In this document: in pieces, positions 1 through 13,269 of the stretch
Position numbering within the stretch: position 1 is the stretch's first letter
Layout of the letters: the number at the start of each line of letters is the position of its first letter
From: Bipalium vagum
Taxonomy: Eukaryota
Assembly (NCBI GenBank): GCA_037834085.1
Contig: JBBMKC010237128.1
Coordinates: 1-32,273 of the forward strand
Direction: 5' to 3'
Length of the DNA stretch: 32,273 nt
Program-made: the position numbers and the translations under genes
The notes under the pieces: generated by a model
The model's database searches: none
Told to the model about the DNA's origin: nothing
The model's input: only the letters and a program-made list of their open reading frames with translations

Positions 1-10
1 AATAATAATA

Positions 11-77
<67 letters not shown>
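1..77. repeat. (AAT)/(TTA)n microsatellite
   Basis: Trinucleotide run visible directly; lies inside a GH35 intron. Confidence 0.95.
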
Positions 78-78
<1 letters not shown>

Positions 79-331
79 TTTCTTAAATAAACACAAATTT
101 TTAAGAATTTACAAAATAACTTTGATCACAAATTAATAATGTTTTTAATATTAAAATAAACAAATTGGTCATTATTAAACTTTTAAAATTCTAAGAAATT
201 TTATTTTTATCAAATTATTAATAAAATTGCAATATTAAAATCAACTAAAATTCTATAGTTCATTAATAGATTTTTTCTATTCATTTTAAAAATTAATTAA
301 TTTTATAAATGACAAAATTGTCAAAAATTAC

Positions 332-3300
332 CCTTTCTTTGTTCATTGAAAGCTTCAGTTTGAAAATTGGCATAATTAAACCTTCCCATATTTTCCACAA
401 CGAAATCCAAATAAGCAATTTGCTTTACGGTACTCTAAACCCCATACTGTTTTGATCAATAATATAATGATCAAAATAATTACATTGACTTCTGTTTCTC
501 TGCTGAGCGTCAGATTCCAATGTTTCGTTTGATAAGTGAGCAAACTGCTTCTCCAGTTACCTGTGATAGGTTCGTTTTGATATAATACCTATTTTGATTC
601 AATAATCGAAGGCGCATCATTAAGAATTTTGACATACTATAGCTCGATCTCTGACCTTTCCTAGGAATTCAACACTAGATAATAGTTTTACTTCAGTTCG
701 GTAAGTGATGAAACCGAAACCCTGTCCAGATTTGCCATTTATTGGTAATTCTTCCATAGTCCTCAATTCATAATTGACTACCATGTCCTTAAAACAAAAA
801 AGAATAAAAGAGGAAGATCACACACACACTTATTTTGGTGTAAAAATTTAGACACATTTCTTAATGGGAAATTTCTTATTCCAAAATAAAAATCATCTCA
901 TATGAAAAACATAAAGAAAAGAAGATTATTGATTTTTAAAAAAAGATCATTTATGATTTATAACATGTAAGAAAAAGAGATACAAAACAAATTTAGAAGG
1001 AAAACAAATTAAAAAGAAAATATTGATAAAAACACCAAAATTCATCCAGAGTAAAATCAATTTAAAAAAGGTAAGCGAAATAATGTGTTCAGGATCCAAA
1101 AATAGCACCCTGACAAAAACCATCTAAAGACATCAAGTCAGTTGAGAGCAAATTTGAGAATCTAGGGCGAATTACTTGGTAATGGAAGTTAATAATAGAT
1201 GAAATTATAGTACCATCAATAAACAGAATTACAGGCAATGAATAATAATGATTTAAATGAGTAATATAAATAATTAATTTGAAAAAATACTTGATAAACA
1301 ATGAAATTTAATTTTAAGGATGACTGTTAATGTGCAAACTAAAAATTTCAATTCACAATATTGTCTCTATTGTTATTTATTGTTTCTGAATAAGTGTGAA
1401 AATTATATTATAATTGTTGAAGTAAATTTTGAGTGACTGAACAAAATAATAAATATTTTATATTAAGGTATATTATTAATATAAGGACAACAAATGAAAA
1501 GCTTTTTTAATGACCCAAGTCGAAAACAAACGTTGGGATTTTTGGGGAAATCTATCTAAGAAAAAGGATATAATCCTCTGAATGAAAATCAAATGAGTGC
1601 ATCATATTAGTCGCCATTCCACATATTGTTGAAAAACATTTGTTCTGTCAACAATTATTTCAGAAACGGAACCAGTCCACTTAAAGTAAAAGATTAAATG
1701 GTATTATTTAATGTTTTAAGGTAATGTAAACAAATAGTTAAGTGTAAACCTTTAACAAAAAATTTGACATAAGAAATAATGGTTTATTTTCCGATATATA
1801 TTTCACTTAACAAAGATACCATTTCAATGAGTACTTCAAAATTTTAAATAAAATCGATAAACGGTGTTCTTGAATCAATTGGAAATAACATAATTGTACA
1901 AAATAGGCTAGAAAATATATGATTGGGTTAATTATTAATTTCAAATCAATAAATAACCAGTTTAAAATGATTATCTGATAAAATATATTAAGCTTTTTCA
2001 CAAAAATGTTTCGTAAAATTAAGATCGGTCAACACTCGATAATTTTTTTCTGATATACACAATTTTGTTATTGTTAGATTGTTCAGAAAGTTTTGCTTTT
2101 CTATGTGCGGACTGACATTGACATGCGATAGAATTTTTTCTGTTCTTTTGATCAATGGTGGGTACATTCTTTTCTTCTTTTCTTACATAAAATCAATTTC
2201 TAGGCAGTATTTCTCTGCTGTTATCATATCTTCCTTTTCAAGGTAATTGTAATGAATCACTTCTTTTGAGCACCACCATACATTAACCATTATCATTTTT
2301 CTCGTGTTGACTCGGTTTTGGGAATGACTTGAGACATTCATAAATATCTAAAAACTGTGCTGAATGTTTAATATTATTATGGCAATCATTTTTCATCACA
2401 AGTAATATCACGATGAAAAAATGATTCGTTTCTCATCCTCAAAATGAGTTCTGAGCATATCTCATAGCGTTTCATTTTCTTTTTTATAGTTAGCTCATGT
2501 GAAACCCACGTTTCTTTGTCTTATCTAATTGCTTCATATGATTGGAGACGGTTTCAATATTGACATTTAGACTTTTGGCAATTTTTCCTAATGCTGTTCG
2601 CATATCCTCTTTAAACTCTTTAAATCCTTGTCTTGAAGTTTGGAAGGACGGTCAATTCGTTCGGCATCTTCTAGGAATAAATCTTCATTACGGAACTTTT
2701 GGTACCAACTTCATTTACGTTTTGAAACAGTTTCAGCTGCTTTTGTACCAAGTCGAAACTCAAAAATAAATTTAGCGCAAATCGCGGTACAACATACTAA
2801 ATTAAAATGAGAAAAAGATAGTAAAAAAAAACCAACACTTTATTTATGAAACTCTTTTCTGTCAACTTAATTTTTAATTTTTGACTTGCATCATTTCATT
2901 TATTTTCTTCTTTACTACATTTTTATTGCTTTTGGATTGTCTTTGACTTTTATCCGGTTTTTCGCCAGTCATCGGCTCATTTCATTGGTATTGGTATTTT
3001 TTGCCATTCATCAGCAAGAGAAGAGTGAGTTTAAACAGAGAGTAAAAAATTAACCCTTTTTCGCCCTTCTTGAGCTGCGCATATTTTGGCACATCTTTGA
3101 CATAGGAAACTTACACAACTTATAAAAAAATGGATAAAATTCAAAAAGAACCACAACATAAAAATATCTTATCTGAGTCTAGAAAGTGCCATTCCAACTC
3201 GCCTCACACATCACCCACTCGAATATATAGAGAAAAAAATCCTATTTCCTACGTCAAGATTATATCACAGATTCTAGAAAAAAATGAAAGGACCTTCTTA

Positions 3301-6300
3301 ATTGTTTCTCGGAATAATCGGTGGTTGTTTGAGTATGTATAAAGTTTTCAGGAATTGTCTTTTCAGAAAAATCGTTTATACATTACCAACACCAAAAAAA
3401 TACGTAAATAAAAACTCCGCCTCTTCATTATCTTTTCACCGTCATACTATTGAGCATTAATATTTCAGCCTATTTTGAAGTTAAGGAGCAGGGATAAACA
3501 TTCCACCTAACAAGTATATCGACAAATATACAGAAATACAGCAAAGAATTTGATTATTCGAGAATGCTATTGCTCTGATTATCTGCTGCAAAATGAATCA
3601 AGTATTTTTCAATGTATTCGGTATTAGTTATTCCACAAGAATCAGTCACGGAAGAAGCCTGGTTGGAACATCAGCAAGAAAAAGTGTTTGTGCAATAAGA
3701 TTGAAAAATATACCGGTTTGTGCAGCAGTAACAAAATGTGGACTAATCTCTATTATCATATGTGATAAAGTGTACAATTCTGAAGGCTTTAATGCTTTGT
3801 GGATATGTTCACTAAATTAAAAGATAGTGGATTAACATCTGGAATAATAATTATTAATAATCCAAGAATCCACAAAACATCTGAAATTAGTAAAACAATA
3901 GAAGATCATCATTTCCAGTTGAGTTTTCCACCGACTTACTCACCACAACGGAATCCTATTGAAGAGGTTTTCGCAAAATGGAAATATTACATCAAAACAG
4001 GAAATACAAATACTATTGAAAAGTTAAATCAATGTATCAGAATTGCTAGTAAATCTATTTCCGCCAATGATTGTGAAGGATTTCTATAACATATACGATC
4101 ATTTGTGCTAAAAGGTATAAGAGAAGAAGATTTGTGATTACGTTTTTGATTTTGTCAAATAAAGTTTCTTCTATTTTACATATAATAATATTTTTTAATA
4201 TTGTTTTATATATAATAGTTTTTTTTACATATAATAATTATATTTTAATAAATATCAGATTATAATGAAGTAAAGTTTAATTAAGTTGTATAAAGCTTAA
4301 ATTAAATTGGATAAAACTTAATTTGAATTGAGTATAGTTTAGATTGTGAGTATAGATTATCAACCTTTAGCTACATGTAGATAAATATGATATGATTGTG
4401 CGATAACGGACGCCATCATATCGGTTAATCTTTGTATGTCCGTTTCCTTAAAGCCAAATCGACGGAGCACATTATCGTTTTCTGGATCCCAGGAGCCGAG
4501 GCACCCAAGATTAATCGTCCAGGTTAGATAATTTAAATTACATAATAAAAATAAATAATCAATCCATATTAAATCTCCAGAAAGAGGGTTGGAATTGAAA
4601 TTTCAATTTCAAAATTGAACCATAAAATTAGAAACTTTCAAAAAATAATAATGTACTCTATATGTTTATGAATATAGATTATAAAAGAAAAAGGAAATCC
4701 TTACATCAACGAAATCCAAAACGGAATCAAAATCCAGAGTATGAGTGATGTCAACATCTCCTAGAATTTACACAATGGATTTATCGAAAATCAATTATTT
4801 AACTATATAATAAAATGATCCTAGAATTATAAAACGAAAAATTAATATGGAATTTTCTAAATAATGAAAAAAAATTGATTATGGTTTTTCCCATATTTTA
4901 AGAAGTTCTTAATTAATAATATTCTGTTGCTTGCAGCAGATAGCATGATACATTTTTATTGAATTTTCATGTCGGAAAACAAGAATAATTTCATAGCAAC
5001 CACTACATAACTTTTGTTGTCTTAACCCAACTGAGACTTAAAAATGGGGAAAATTTCATTGGAGCGTATGAGAATGAAGTGCAACATTAAATATTTATTG
5101 TCAATATATTTACTCAATTCGAAAATTAATTTTTGGATTTCTTCAAATTGAATATTTTTTAATATTTATATTTAAATTTAATTAAATATTTATATTAAAA
5201 TAAATTATAATTATATTAAATTAAATATTTATATTTAATTAATTTTTTAAAAAAATAAGTTTTATTTTATTTCTGACCGATTATTAAGGTTGAAGACTTT
5301 CTTCTGTTAAAGCTTTAGTTTCAACTTCTACTAAGCAATTAAGAATCTGAACTATTCACAATGATTGTATAAAAAATAACAATCAATAAATATAAATAAT
5401 TATTTAAGAGATATGCTGGTTTAAAGTTTTATAGAAAAAATCAATATCATTAATTTATTAACAACTTAATAACAATTCAGTAATTGAAAGACATAAAATT
5501 TCCATAAAGAAAATCAATGAGAAATAAATACGTGGGAAAAACAGATAAACTATTTAATTATAATACAAAGAAAAATACAAATCTTACCATATGTAGCAGG
5601 AATGTCAATTTCAGGAACTTCTGCAACTCGAAAGTCTAAATGCAATGAGCCAGATAAAAAATCAATACCAAGACGTTACAGTGACAGAATACAATCCCAG
5701 TTAACAAATTTTTCATTTTTAAAAGTTTTCACCGTTAAAATCATTTAAGTTATTTTTATTATTCTTTTTCAAATTAATTATACTGCGATTTTATTTTTTA
5801 AATAATATGGAATTTAGATTATAATAACAAATAATTTTCAAAAACTAATAATAAAATAATCATCAAGATGACATTTATTTAATATTTGTTTAAAATTTCA
5901 CTTAATTAATTAAAATCAAAATTGAAAATTGTAATTTAATTTTAATATTTACAAAAATTAATATAAAAAATCATTATTTATTTTGAATCAATTTAAAATG
6001 TTCTGTCTACTGTCCAGTAATTGTTAGAAATGTAAGAATTAAGTTAATTCATGTGATACCATGCGATAGATTTCTTTTTAGTTTGACTTCATGAAGAAAA
6101 AGTACTTTATCAATATTATAAAATTCTTATATTTATTATTATATTTATACTTTATATAGCTTTAAATTATAGTTTTTCTTATGTTTCGATAAATTATAAA
6201 TTTTGAGGTTCTGCAAAAGTGATCTTACAAAGAAAGCAATAAGAAAAAGATTTATTCATTATAAATATATAATACAAATTTTTAAATAATTATTTTATTA

Positions 6301-6358
<58 letters not shown>

Positions 6359-8097
6359 ATTATATAATCTTTATTATTACTACTTTTCTTGTTATCAACA
6401 ATTCCTATTATTATTTATTTTGTGAATTTTTGATAACAAATAGGAAAACAATAATCAATAAAAATATTACTAAATATCATTGATTAAAATTTTAAATCAG
6501 ATAATTCATATGACTTAACATGTATATACGAGGGCGGTTCAGTAAGTCCGTTAAAAATAAAATAAATTGTAACGCTAGTAATTTTAAACTTTGGTAAAAA
6601 AACAATTTAGACATTAAAAATGTAAAAACCGAAATTTCAGATAAATACATAAAATTGTTTTAATTATTTTACATTTCAAAGTTTTCAATAACAATTATCA
6701 ATATGAAAATGGAAAATCACGAATTTAGAGTCCTCCTGAAATATTATTTTTTGAGAAGTAAAACAATCAGTGAGACAAATTTACGACTCATTAAATATTA
6801 TGGTGACTCCTTCCCATCACTCGGGATGATCCATAAATGGTTCACCAGATTTTGTTGTGGCAGTACAAGCACAGATAATTCCGCACGGTTTGATCGTCCA
6901 AATGAAGTGAAAACATCGGAAATTGTTCAAAAGATTCACGATATTGTTCTTAATGATCGACGAATCAAAGTGCGCGAGATAGCCCAGGCTGTTGGCATAT
7001 CAGTTTGATCAACATTTTCAATTTTGCATAAAGATTTGGAAATTCTGTCTGCGAGATGGATGCCGCGCTTGCTTTTTGTGAAAAAAAATTTAATTAATTT
7101 AATTCATAATTGTTCCATTTGTTTTTTATCAAAATAATTGATACTGAAATTGATAAATAAATTTCGACCTAATTAAAAAAGAATAAATAAGGACTCTTAC
7201 TGATTAAAAGAAATTTATTAATTTATAAATAGAAAAATGAACAAAAATTTAGACAGTATTTGATATTATATATAAAGAAAGAATTATCAATGAATAGAAT
7301 TTAAACAATAACAGATGTATTACCATGGTAGAGAGAAAACAATTATTATGACATTCAAAAAATAATATCATTGTTTTACTACGATATACCGATGCACAGT
7401 TAGTGAATTATTACAGTTTTCAATGAATTATTAATGAAAAAATTTTAAATATATTTTAGCATAATAAGTGTGCTATTGGAAAATGTAAAAAAGATTTCAT
7501 CTAAATTAAAAATAAGATTTCTGTATGTCTTGTGAAGATTTCGGTCTCGTTTGTTTCAGCTATATGGGTGATCGCTTCTATAATATACTCTTTTTAATAC
7601 ACAGCGTGTCTGTATGTTTCATTCATATCATTAAAACGTTCGGCTGAGAACATTTCAAACCTTTAGCAAATGATTTTTGACAAAATTGTTTGAATTTGTC
7701 GCAATTTTCGGTGAACGAGCACTTCTTTTATTTCTTTCACCGTTATCACCCTTTTCAGCAAACGATAGTACCCGATACATAGTTGATTTTAGCATGTTTT
7801 CGTCAGGAAAATGTTTGCGAGTAAAAATTTTCCTTAAATGTATATTTTTATTATAAAAATTTACTACACGATTCTTGAGTCATTTTTGAGAATATAATTA
7901 ATTTATAACACTGATATCTTTGTCTTACTTTATATAGCAATTTAAACAATGTGAATCAATTTAGCTTAATTTAACAAATATTATAATTAAGTTACTTAAC
8001 TTTAAAAAAAGTTCCAAATTTTATTTATAGGGTCTTATGTTCAGTTGCCTATGTAATTCTCTATTTGATGATGATGAGATGATTAACAACAACAACG

Positions 8098-8179
<82 letters not shown>

Positions 8180-11100
8180 TATGTCCATACAAAACCGGAC
8201 TAATTTAAAAGTTTTGTTCATAAATTTCAATTCACTTCAAATAAACCGATAATTTATGGATAGATATAAAAAATTCTGTTTTCGTTTTAATTGAAGTGTA
8301 TTAATTGATAATTATCAAAATTATATTTCAAAAAAATTACAATCATTTATAAATAATTTTGATTTTTAAAAAATGAAAGAGTTGTGAATGAATCGATTTT
8401 TTATAAAAATTGATTGAAAAAAAGTACAAAAATCATTGAATTTGAAAATAAATAAATATTTTTTTAAAAATATATATAAAACTCACTATTGTCAGGTGCC
8501 AAGTGGTTGAGAATAGCTTTCCTAAGAATATAAAATTTATTGCTCGGCCTTCCGTCTTCGGTAATCGGAGCATTATAATCGTAGCTTGTAGTGACAAAAG
8601 CAACTTTGTTATCTAGGTTGTTACCACCATTAATGAAACCAAAATTGGTGCCACCATGAAACATGTAAAGATTGAAACTGTATCCTCGTTTAAGAATGAG
8701 AGTTACCAAATGTCTAAATTCTAGCTATATTTTGACCACTATTCGTACTCAATTCATGTATGCTGCTTACCTTCGTCTGAAATGGCACTCTGTTTCGACA
8801 AATCCCAAGTTTGAAACCAACCAGTAAACAATTCAGAAATAAACACGGGACAATCTGGATCTAAGGCAGAAACCATTTGAACCATTTTGTCTATTTCATT
8901 TACTTTGTTCGTATTGATGGCAAAAAACACATCTGCATGATTTTACTGCGGTCAACCAATAAATAATTTAAGTAAAAATAAATTTTAATCAACTACCGAA
9001 AAAAAAACAAAACTATTTTCACTTGTTGCATGGCAAAAAAATATTTACAAAACTCAATAAAATAATATTTGTTTTGATGGATAATTTTTGATCAATTAAT
9101 ATTTAGTACTATGAATAATTTTGAAATTTAATAATAATAATAATAAATCAAAAATTTAAATAATAAATAAATTTAGTGAATAAAATTTAGTACTATGAAT
9201 AATTTTGAAATTTAATAATAATAATAATAAATCAAAATTATTGAATGATATATTATAGTTAATTAATTAATTTTAAAACTTCACGTTAACTTTAATTTTT
9301 GAATTGATTAGTAATAGAGATTTTATAACATTTTTATTTACTTTAACAAATTTAGAGGTCCGGAAAAAAAGAACAAAAAGAAAATACATGGTTTTAGTTT
9401 TTAAAAATAAGTTTTCATATTACTCAATGAATCTAATAAATGAATCAATTCGTTGAATACATTAAAAATTAAAAATCAATGAACAAAATATGAAGATTAA
9501 ATAGATTTTTGTTTTGAATCACATTTTATTTTGTTGCCCAAACCAGGCACGTTTACAGGTATCAAAACTATTTTTAAAAATTTTATATTACTAATTTGTA
9601 AATATATGTAAATACAAAAATATAATAAAATTGTTACTGTCAATTTTTTTCTGATTGACTATTCCCAAAATATTATTAGAAATAAACATCGATTCCACAA
9701 CTCCAGATCGGACGTATAACTGAAAAAGAATTCAGAAAATAAATCAATAAGGAACGCATTTAAAAAGTCGTGTTTAATGATTTAAGTGACAAAAAATGAA
9801 GAATTATCTCAAATTTCGGATAGGTTACGAAAGAAAATTGGTAAAAATTCTGAATTTGTAAAATCAATATAAAATATTGCTTCTGTCAAGTTCATAATTG
9901 ATTGAATAAATTAAGTATTTTGAATTCCTTGCATATTTTCTTGACTCGGAATGAGTGCTGTTTCATGAATCTCTAAATCAAATTTAAAGCTCTTTCAAAT
10001 CTCTTCTTGAGAAATTTTTTTATCTTGTACTTTTCTCGTCTCTTTCTAAAAACCCTAAACAAATTCATCTTCAACATCAAGAAGAAATATCAATAACTAT
10101 TGATAGAATCAGCATGATCATGATAGCATTGAAAATCTTTTAATTGAAACCAATTCCTAAGCCTTGTCTCATTGCTTTACAAAAACTGTCATAGTTTTGG
10201 TTAAAAATTAATTAATTATTCAATTTTTACATAATTACGCAGGTAAATCGATAATCATCGATTATAATATTAAAAAATTTACATAAAAATAAAACATTTC
10301 GAATTTGTAAGCAAATGACTTTCCATAATTTAAGTACATTAATTAATTTTATATTTTTTTTAAAAAAATTTTCTTTTCAACGGAAATCGACTGAAAACGA
10401 AATTTCCAGTGAAACTAACAGATACAAATAAATTGAACCCCTTAGGTCGTGATTATTAACTAAAAATCGATTATAGAAAAATTTGATAGAAAATGTGACA
10501 AATATAATGTCAAAAATTGTAAAATGTTTCGTGGAAAAATAATATCAAATTACTTCTTTCATAGCTTGCATGTATGATGGACTATTTCCAAAGGTTCCAT
10601 ATTCATTTTCGATTTGAAAAGCAATAATAGGACCGCCATTCGAGTGCTGAGTTGTAGAACAAACAAAAATAAGTTTTATGGGCATCAAAACATACCTGCA
10701 GATCATTCACTTCTCTAAGTATTTGTCTCAAGTATTCTTCAACTGGAACCATAAAACCCATATACATACTTCGAATTTTCATATTTGGATCAGCTAATAA
10801 CCAACTGCACACAAGGGATTAAAATTCACATCAGTTATATTCAATAGTTTTCAATAACCTAGGAAGACCACCAAATTCCAATTCTGCACAAATGTAAGGC
10901 CCGGGTCTAAGTATCACATAAAGTCCAATTTCTTGAGCGATTTGAACAAAGTTCCTTGGAATATATATTTAGATTTTTTGAAAAATTAATGAATAGAACT
11001 GAACAAAAATAGACATATTGCTTTCTACAGACGACCAAATATATAAAACGAGATCCAGGATTATTAATTTTGGATTTCTTATCATTGGAACTTTTATATT

Positions 11101-12160
11101 TTTATAATCAAAATAAGAGGGATTTGAAACTAAACTAAATTGAATGCATAGCATTGTTATTTAGAAATAATTAGTTAAAAATCTGTATTATTCTTATTAT
11201 CTTAATTACCATGCTTGGTGTTACACCAACCAAAAGTACAAAAGAAACTTAACAAAAGGAGATATCAGAAATTATTACTTGAGTGCTGTTAAAAACTTAA
11301 AAAGATTTATTAATCATAAAATATTTATCATAGTAAATATAATTCCAGGGATTTATGATGTATTAATGCTTCTATGGTTCCTAATACACACTCAATGTAA
11401 ATTTCCTTAAGCGGAATTTTATGCAATAAGCTTTTAAATTTGTCTTACTTTTCATTTAAAATATGTCAAAATCAACATGGCTTATCAGACTAGCACATTA
11501 AAAATTAAATGATTCCATGGGAAATTAATAAAAAACTATAATTTATCATTAAAAAATGAATGACATTTGTTTAAAAATTATAAAAAATGTATAAGTCATA
11601 AAATTGAGTGCAAAAATAAATGAGAACTTCAAAAATGCGATACCTTAGGAAATAATGCATAAGAAAGAATTTTTTATTGATATGTTACAATTTTAAAAAC
11701 AGTTCAAAAAGAAGTACCTGATGTTTAAGTTTCCCTCAAAATTATAATTTCCTTTTCTCTCTTCGTGCAAATTCCAAGGGCAATACCTACATTACATTTA
11801 TTACATACATTCACATAAATAAACTAAACGTTTCAACAGTATTCATTCCAGAGGCCTTCAGATATTTCAGTCGATCTTTCCACTGATCAGGTGGAACACG
11901 GAAGTAATGAACTGAACCACTTAAGATTTGAAAGGCCTCGTCTTTTAAAAAGAACATTTTCTTTCTATACGTTAAACTAGCCTGATTATTCGGAAAGGAT
12001 ATCAAATTATTTGAGATAGTTAAATTACTTTTTTAAAATTAAATTTCGCTGGGGTTTCATTAGTATTCAGTTTATAATGAATAAAAAATAAAGAGAGAAT
12101 GAAAAGAGTAATTAAAAATATGAACTTTTTCAAAACAATTTTATTCCATACAATCATCAT
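332..12160 (-). CDS. Glycoside hydrolase family 35 beta-galactosidase (GLB1/GLB1L2-3-like), multi-exon, 3' end outside the window
   Basis: Hand-spliced exons: 12160-12029, 11981-11830, 11786-11718, 10954-10859, 10804-10696, 10646-10554, 9719-9638, 8932-8771, 8720-8487, 5635-5588, 4760-4705, 787-638, 588-484, 434-332. All introns are GT-AG with consistent phases; 1591 coding nt (530 codons) and no stop. GH35 motifs occur in the expected order: [59 protein letters not shown] (acid/base Glu), SELFTGWF (nucleophile Glu), [59 protein letters not shown]. Exon 1 encodes a hydrophobic N-terminal segment. Confidence 0.95.
2050..2770 (-). mobile_element. Degenerate mariner transposase (Hsmar1/cecropia-like) in GH35 intron
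   Basis: Minus-strand translation with stops and frameshifts: [92 protein letters not shown]. These match mariner WVPHEL, VTCDEKW, VWW and HDNARPH. Confidence 0.88.
3100..4356 (+). mobile_element. Degenerate IS630-like/Tc1 DD34E transposon (DDE_3 type)
   Basis: The frameshifted ORFs 3593-3820 and 3799-4089 read [70 protein letters not shown]. There are 34 residues between the decayed second Asp position and the Glu. Degenerate ~20-bp repeats lie at about 4270-4356. Ends are approximate. Confidence 0.8.
4360..4524 (-). mobile_element. C-terminal fragment of an RLE-endonuclease non-LTR retrotransposon (NeSL/R5/Utopia-like)
   Basis: GC-richer island translating without stops: [54 protein letters not shown]. 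This resembles the G.LGSW.P.N...L..LG...S..IY..H tail of R2-superclade RLE domains (from memory). Confidence 0.72.
6296..6356. repeat. (TTA)n microsatellite
   Basis: Visible directly; explains the spurious poly-Leu ORF 6301-6483. Confidence 0.95.
6529..7080 (+). mobile_element. 5' portion of an irritans-subfamily (Himar1/Hsmar2-like) mariner
   Basis: TA followed by a TIR-like CGAGGGCGGTTCAGTAAGTCCG at 6527-6550. ORF 6703-7008 [45 protein letters not shown] parallels the Himar1 N-terminus. It continues past a stop to [10 protein letters not shown] and is then truncated. Confidence 0.9.
7500..7885 (-). mobile_element. Tc1/mariner-superfamily transposase N-terminal relic
   Basis: Minus strand reads [43 protein letters not shown], an HTH plus a decayed GRPR-like motif, with stops. 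Confidence 0.55.
8086..8180. repeat. (AAC)n(AAT)n microsatellite
   Basis: Visible directly; explains the poly-Asn and poly-Leu ORFs. Confidence 0.95.
9101..9237. repeat. Identical 53-bp direct repeat (9101-9153 and 9185-9237)
   Basis: ATTTAGTACTATGAATAATTTTGAAATTTAATAATAATAATAATAAATCAAAA occurs twice with an 84-bp period. Confidence 0.93.
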
Positions 12161-13269
12161 CACATTCAACGTCAAATGTTAATATATGATATAGTCTATA
12201 TATAAAATATACGTATATATGTGTACTGATTGACTAATCATTAACATGAAATTTAAAATTGTTGAAACATTTACTATTGTTAAACAACAAATGACATTAA
12301 GAAAATATCTTGATAACAATTTCTATTTAACAAATGATATTAAAAGCTATTATAATTTTAAAATTATAAATGGTACTTAAATATTATTCAATACATTTAA
12401 GAATCCTGAAGTTTTACCAGATTTTATACTTATTTCAAAATATAATTATCATTTACCATAATTTGCATTTTAAAATTTTCAACTTTTAAAAAGTGAATCA
12501 TTCAGAGTCGTTCACATGACGCATTTATTCTGTCGGAGAATAAGGATGCATTAGCAAGTACTTTTCCGATGAAATTGTCAATCATATGCTGAACCCCTGC
12601 ATCAAATCTAAATCTTTTATTTCGCATTAGATCTTTAATATTGGTGGTTCTGTTAGGACCCTAAAAATTTAGGAACTAAAATAAATTGGATAATAGGTCT
12701 TTACGTGTGAAGGTTGCTGCTGTTTACGTGTTCGATTTAAAATTAAAATAATTAATTTAAATAAATGAAACTTTTTTCAAACGTCATGACAAATAATAGC
12801 AATTAGGTAAGTATCGTCCTCGATAAAATGTTTAATTTGTATTTTTATATTTATTTAGGTTAATATAAAAACTGTCGCTCTTGGGCGCAAAAGTCATCAG
12901 TAAAGAAAAATAAATTGTCACACCGCCTTACTTAAAGTAGGAAACAATAAAAGGTTTTTTTAGGAAATGGAAATTTTTAATTAATAAAAATGTACTTGAT
13001 GTTTAAGCTTGAGTCTTTAATTAAATAAAACTTTTTTATTTCAAAACAAGTTCGAAAAAATAATTTGAGCAATAATATTACTTAATGATCGACTCAACTT
13101 TGTTTTAAATTACAAAACAGGTTACCTTTTATTTAATACATATTTAATATACATAATTATTATTAAATATAATTAAGTTTTGTTTTGTCAAAAAATAAGT
13201 TTATTAAATTATTTAGAATAGGTACAAATTAAAATTACTTTGAATAAAAAATTTATTACGCTTTTAATA

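Noticed and set aside
484-560. Strong-looking donor CAG|GTAAC at 560 inside a GH35 exon
   Set aside because: The frame stays open to the donor at 483. Nearby acceptors give frameshifts or an implausible 8-nt micro-exon.
1089-1301. ORF 1089-1301, and a piggyBac-like [11 protein letters not shown] on the plus strand
   Set aside because: Only one short motif among stops; not enough to call.
4270-4356. Short periodic repeats as a CRISPR-like array
   Set aside because: They are degenerate ~20-bp tandem units without unique spacers, in a eukaryotic intron, and fit transposon subterminal repeats better.
6301-8252. Poly-Leu and poly-Asn ORFs (6301-6483, 8021-8230, 8037-8252)
   Set aside because: They are translations of TTA/AAT microsatellites inside GH35 introns.
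9780-10200. Possible pogo-like relic (I*RFMKQHSF) on the minus strand
   Set aside because: A single weak motif with no termini.
11982-12005. GH35 start at 12005 as in the ORF track
   Set aside because: It is a TTG inside a 47-nt intron. The in-frame ATG exon 12160-12029 gives a proper N-terminus.
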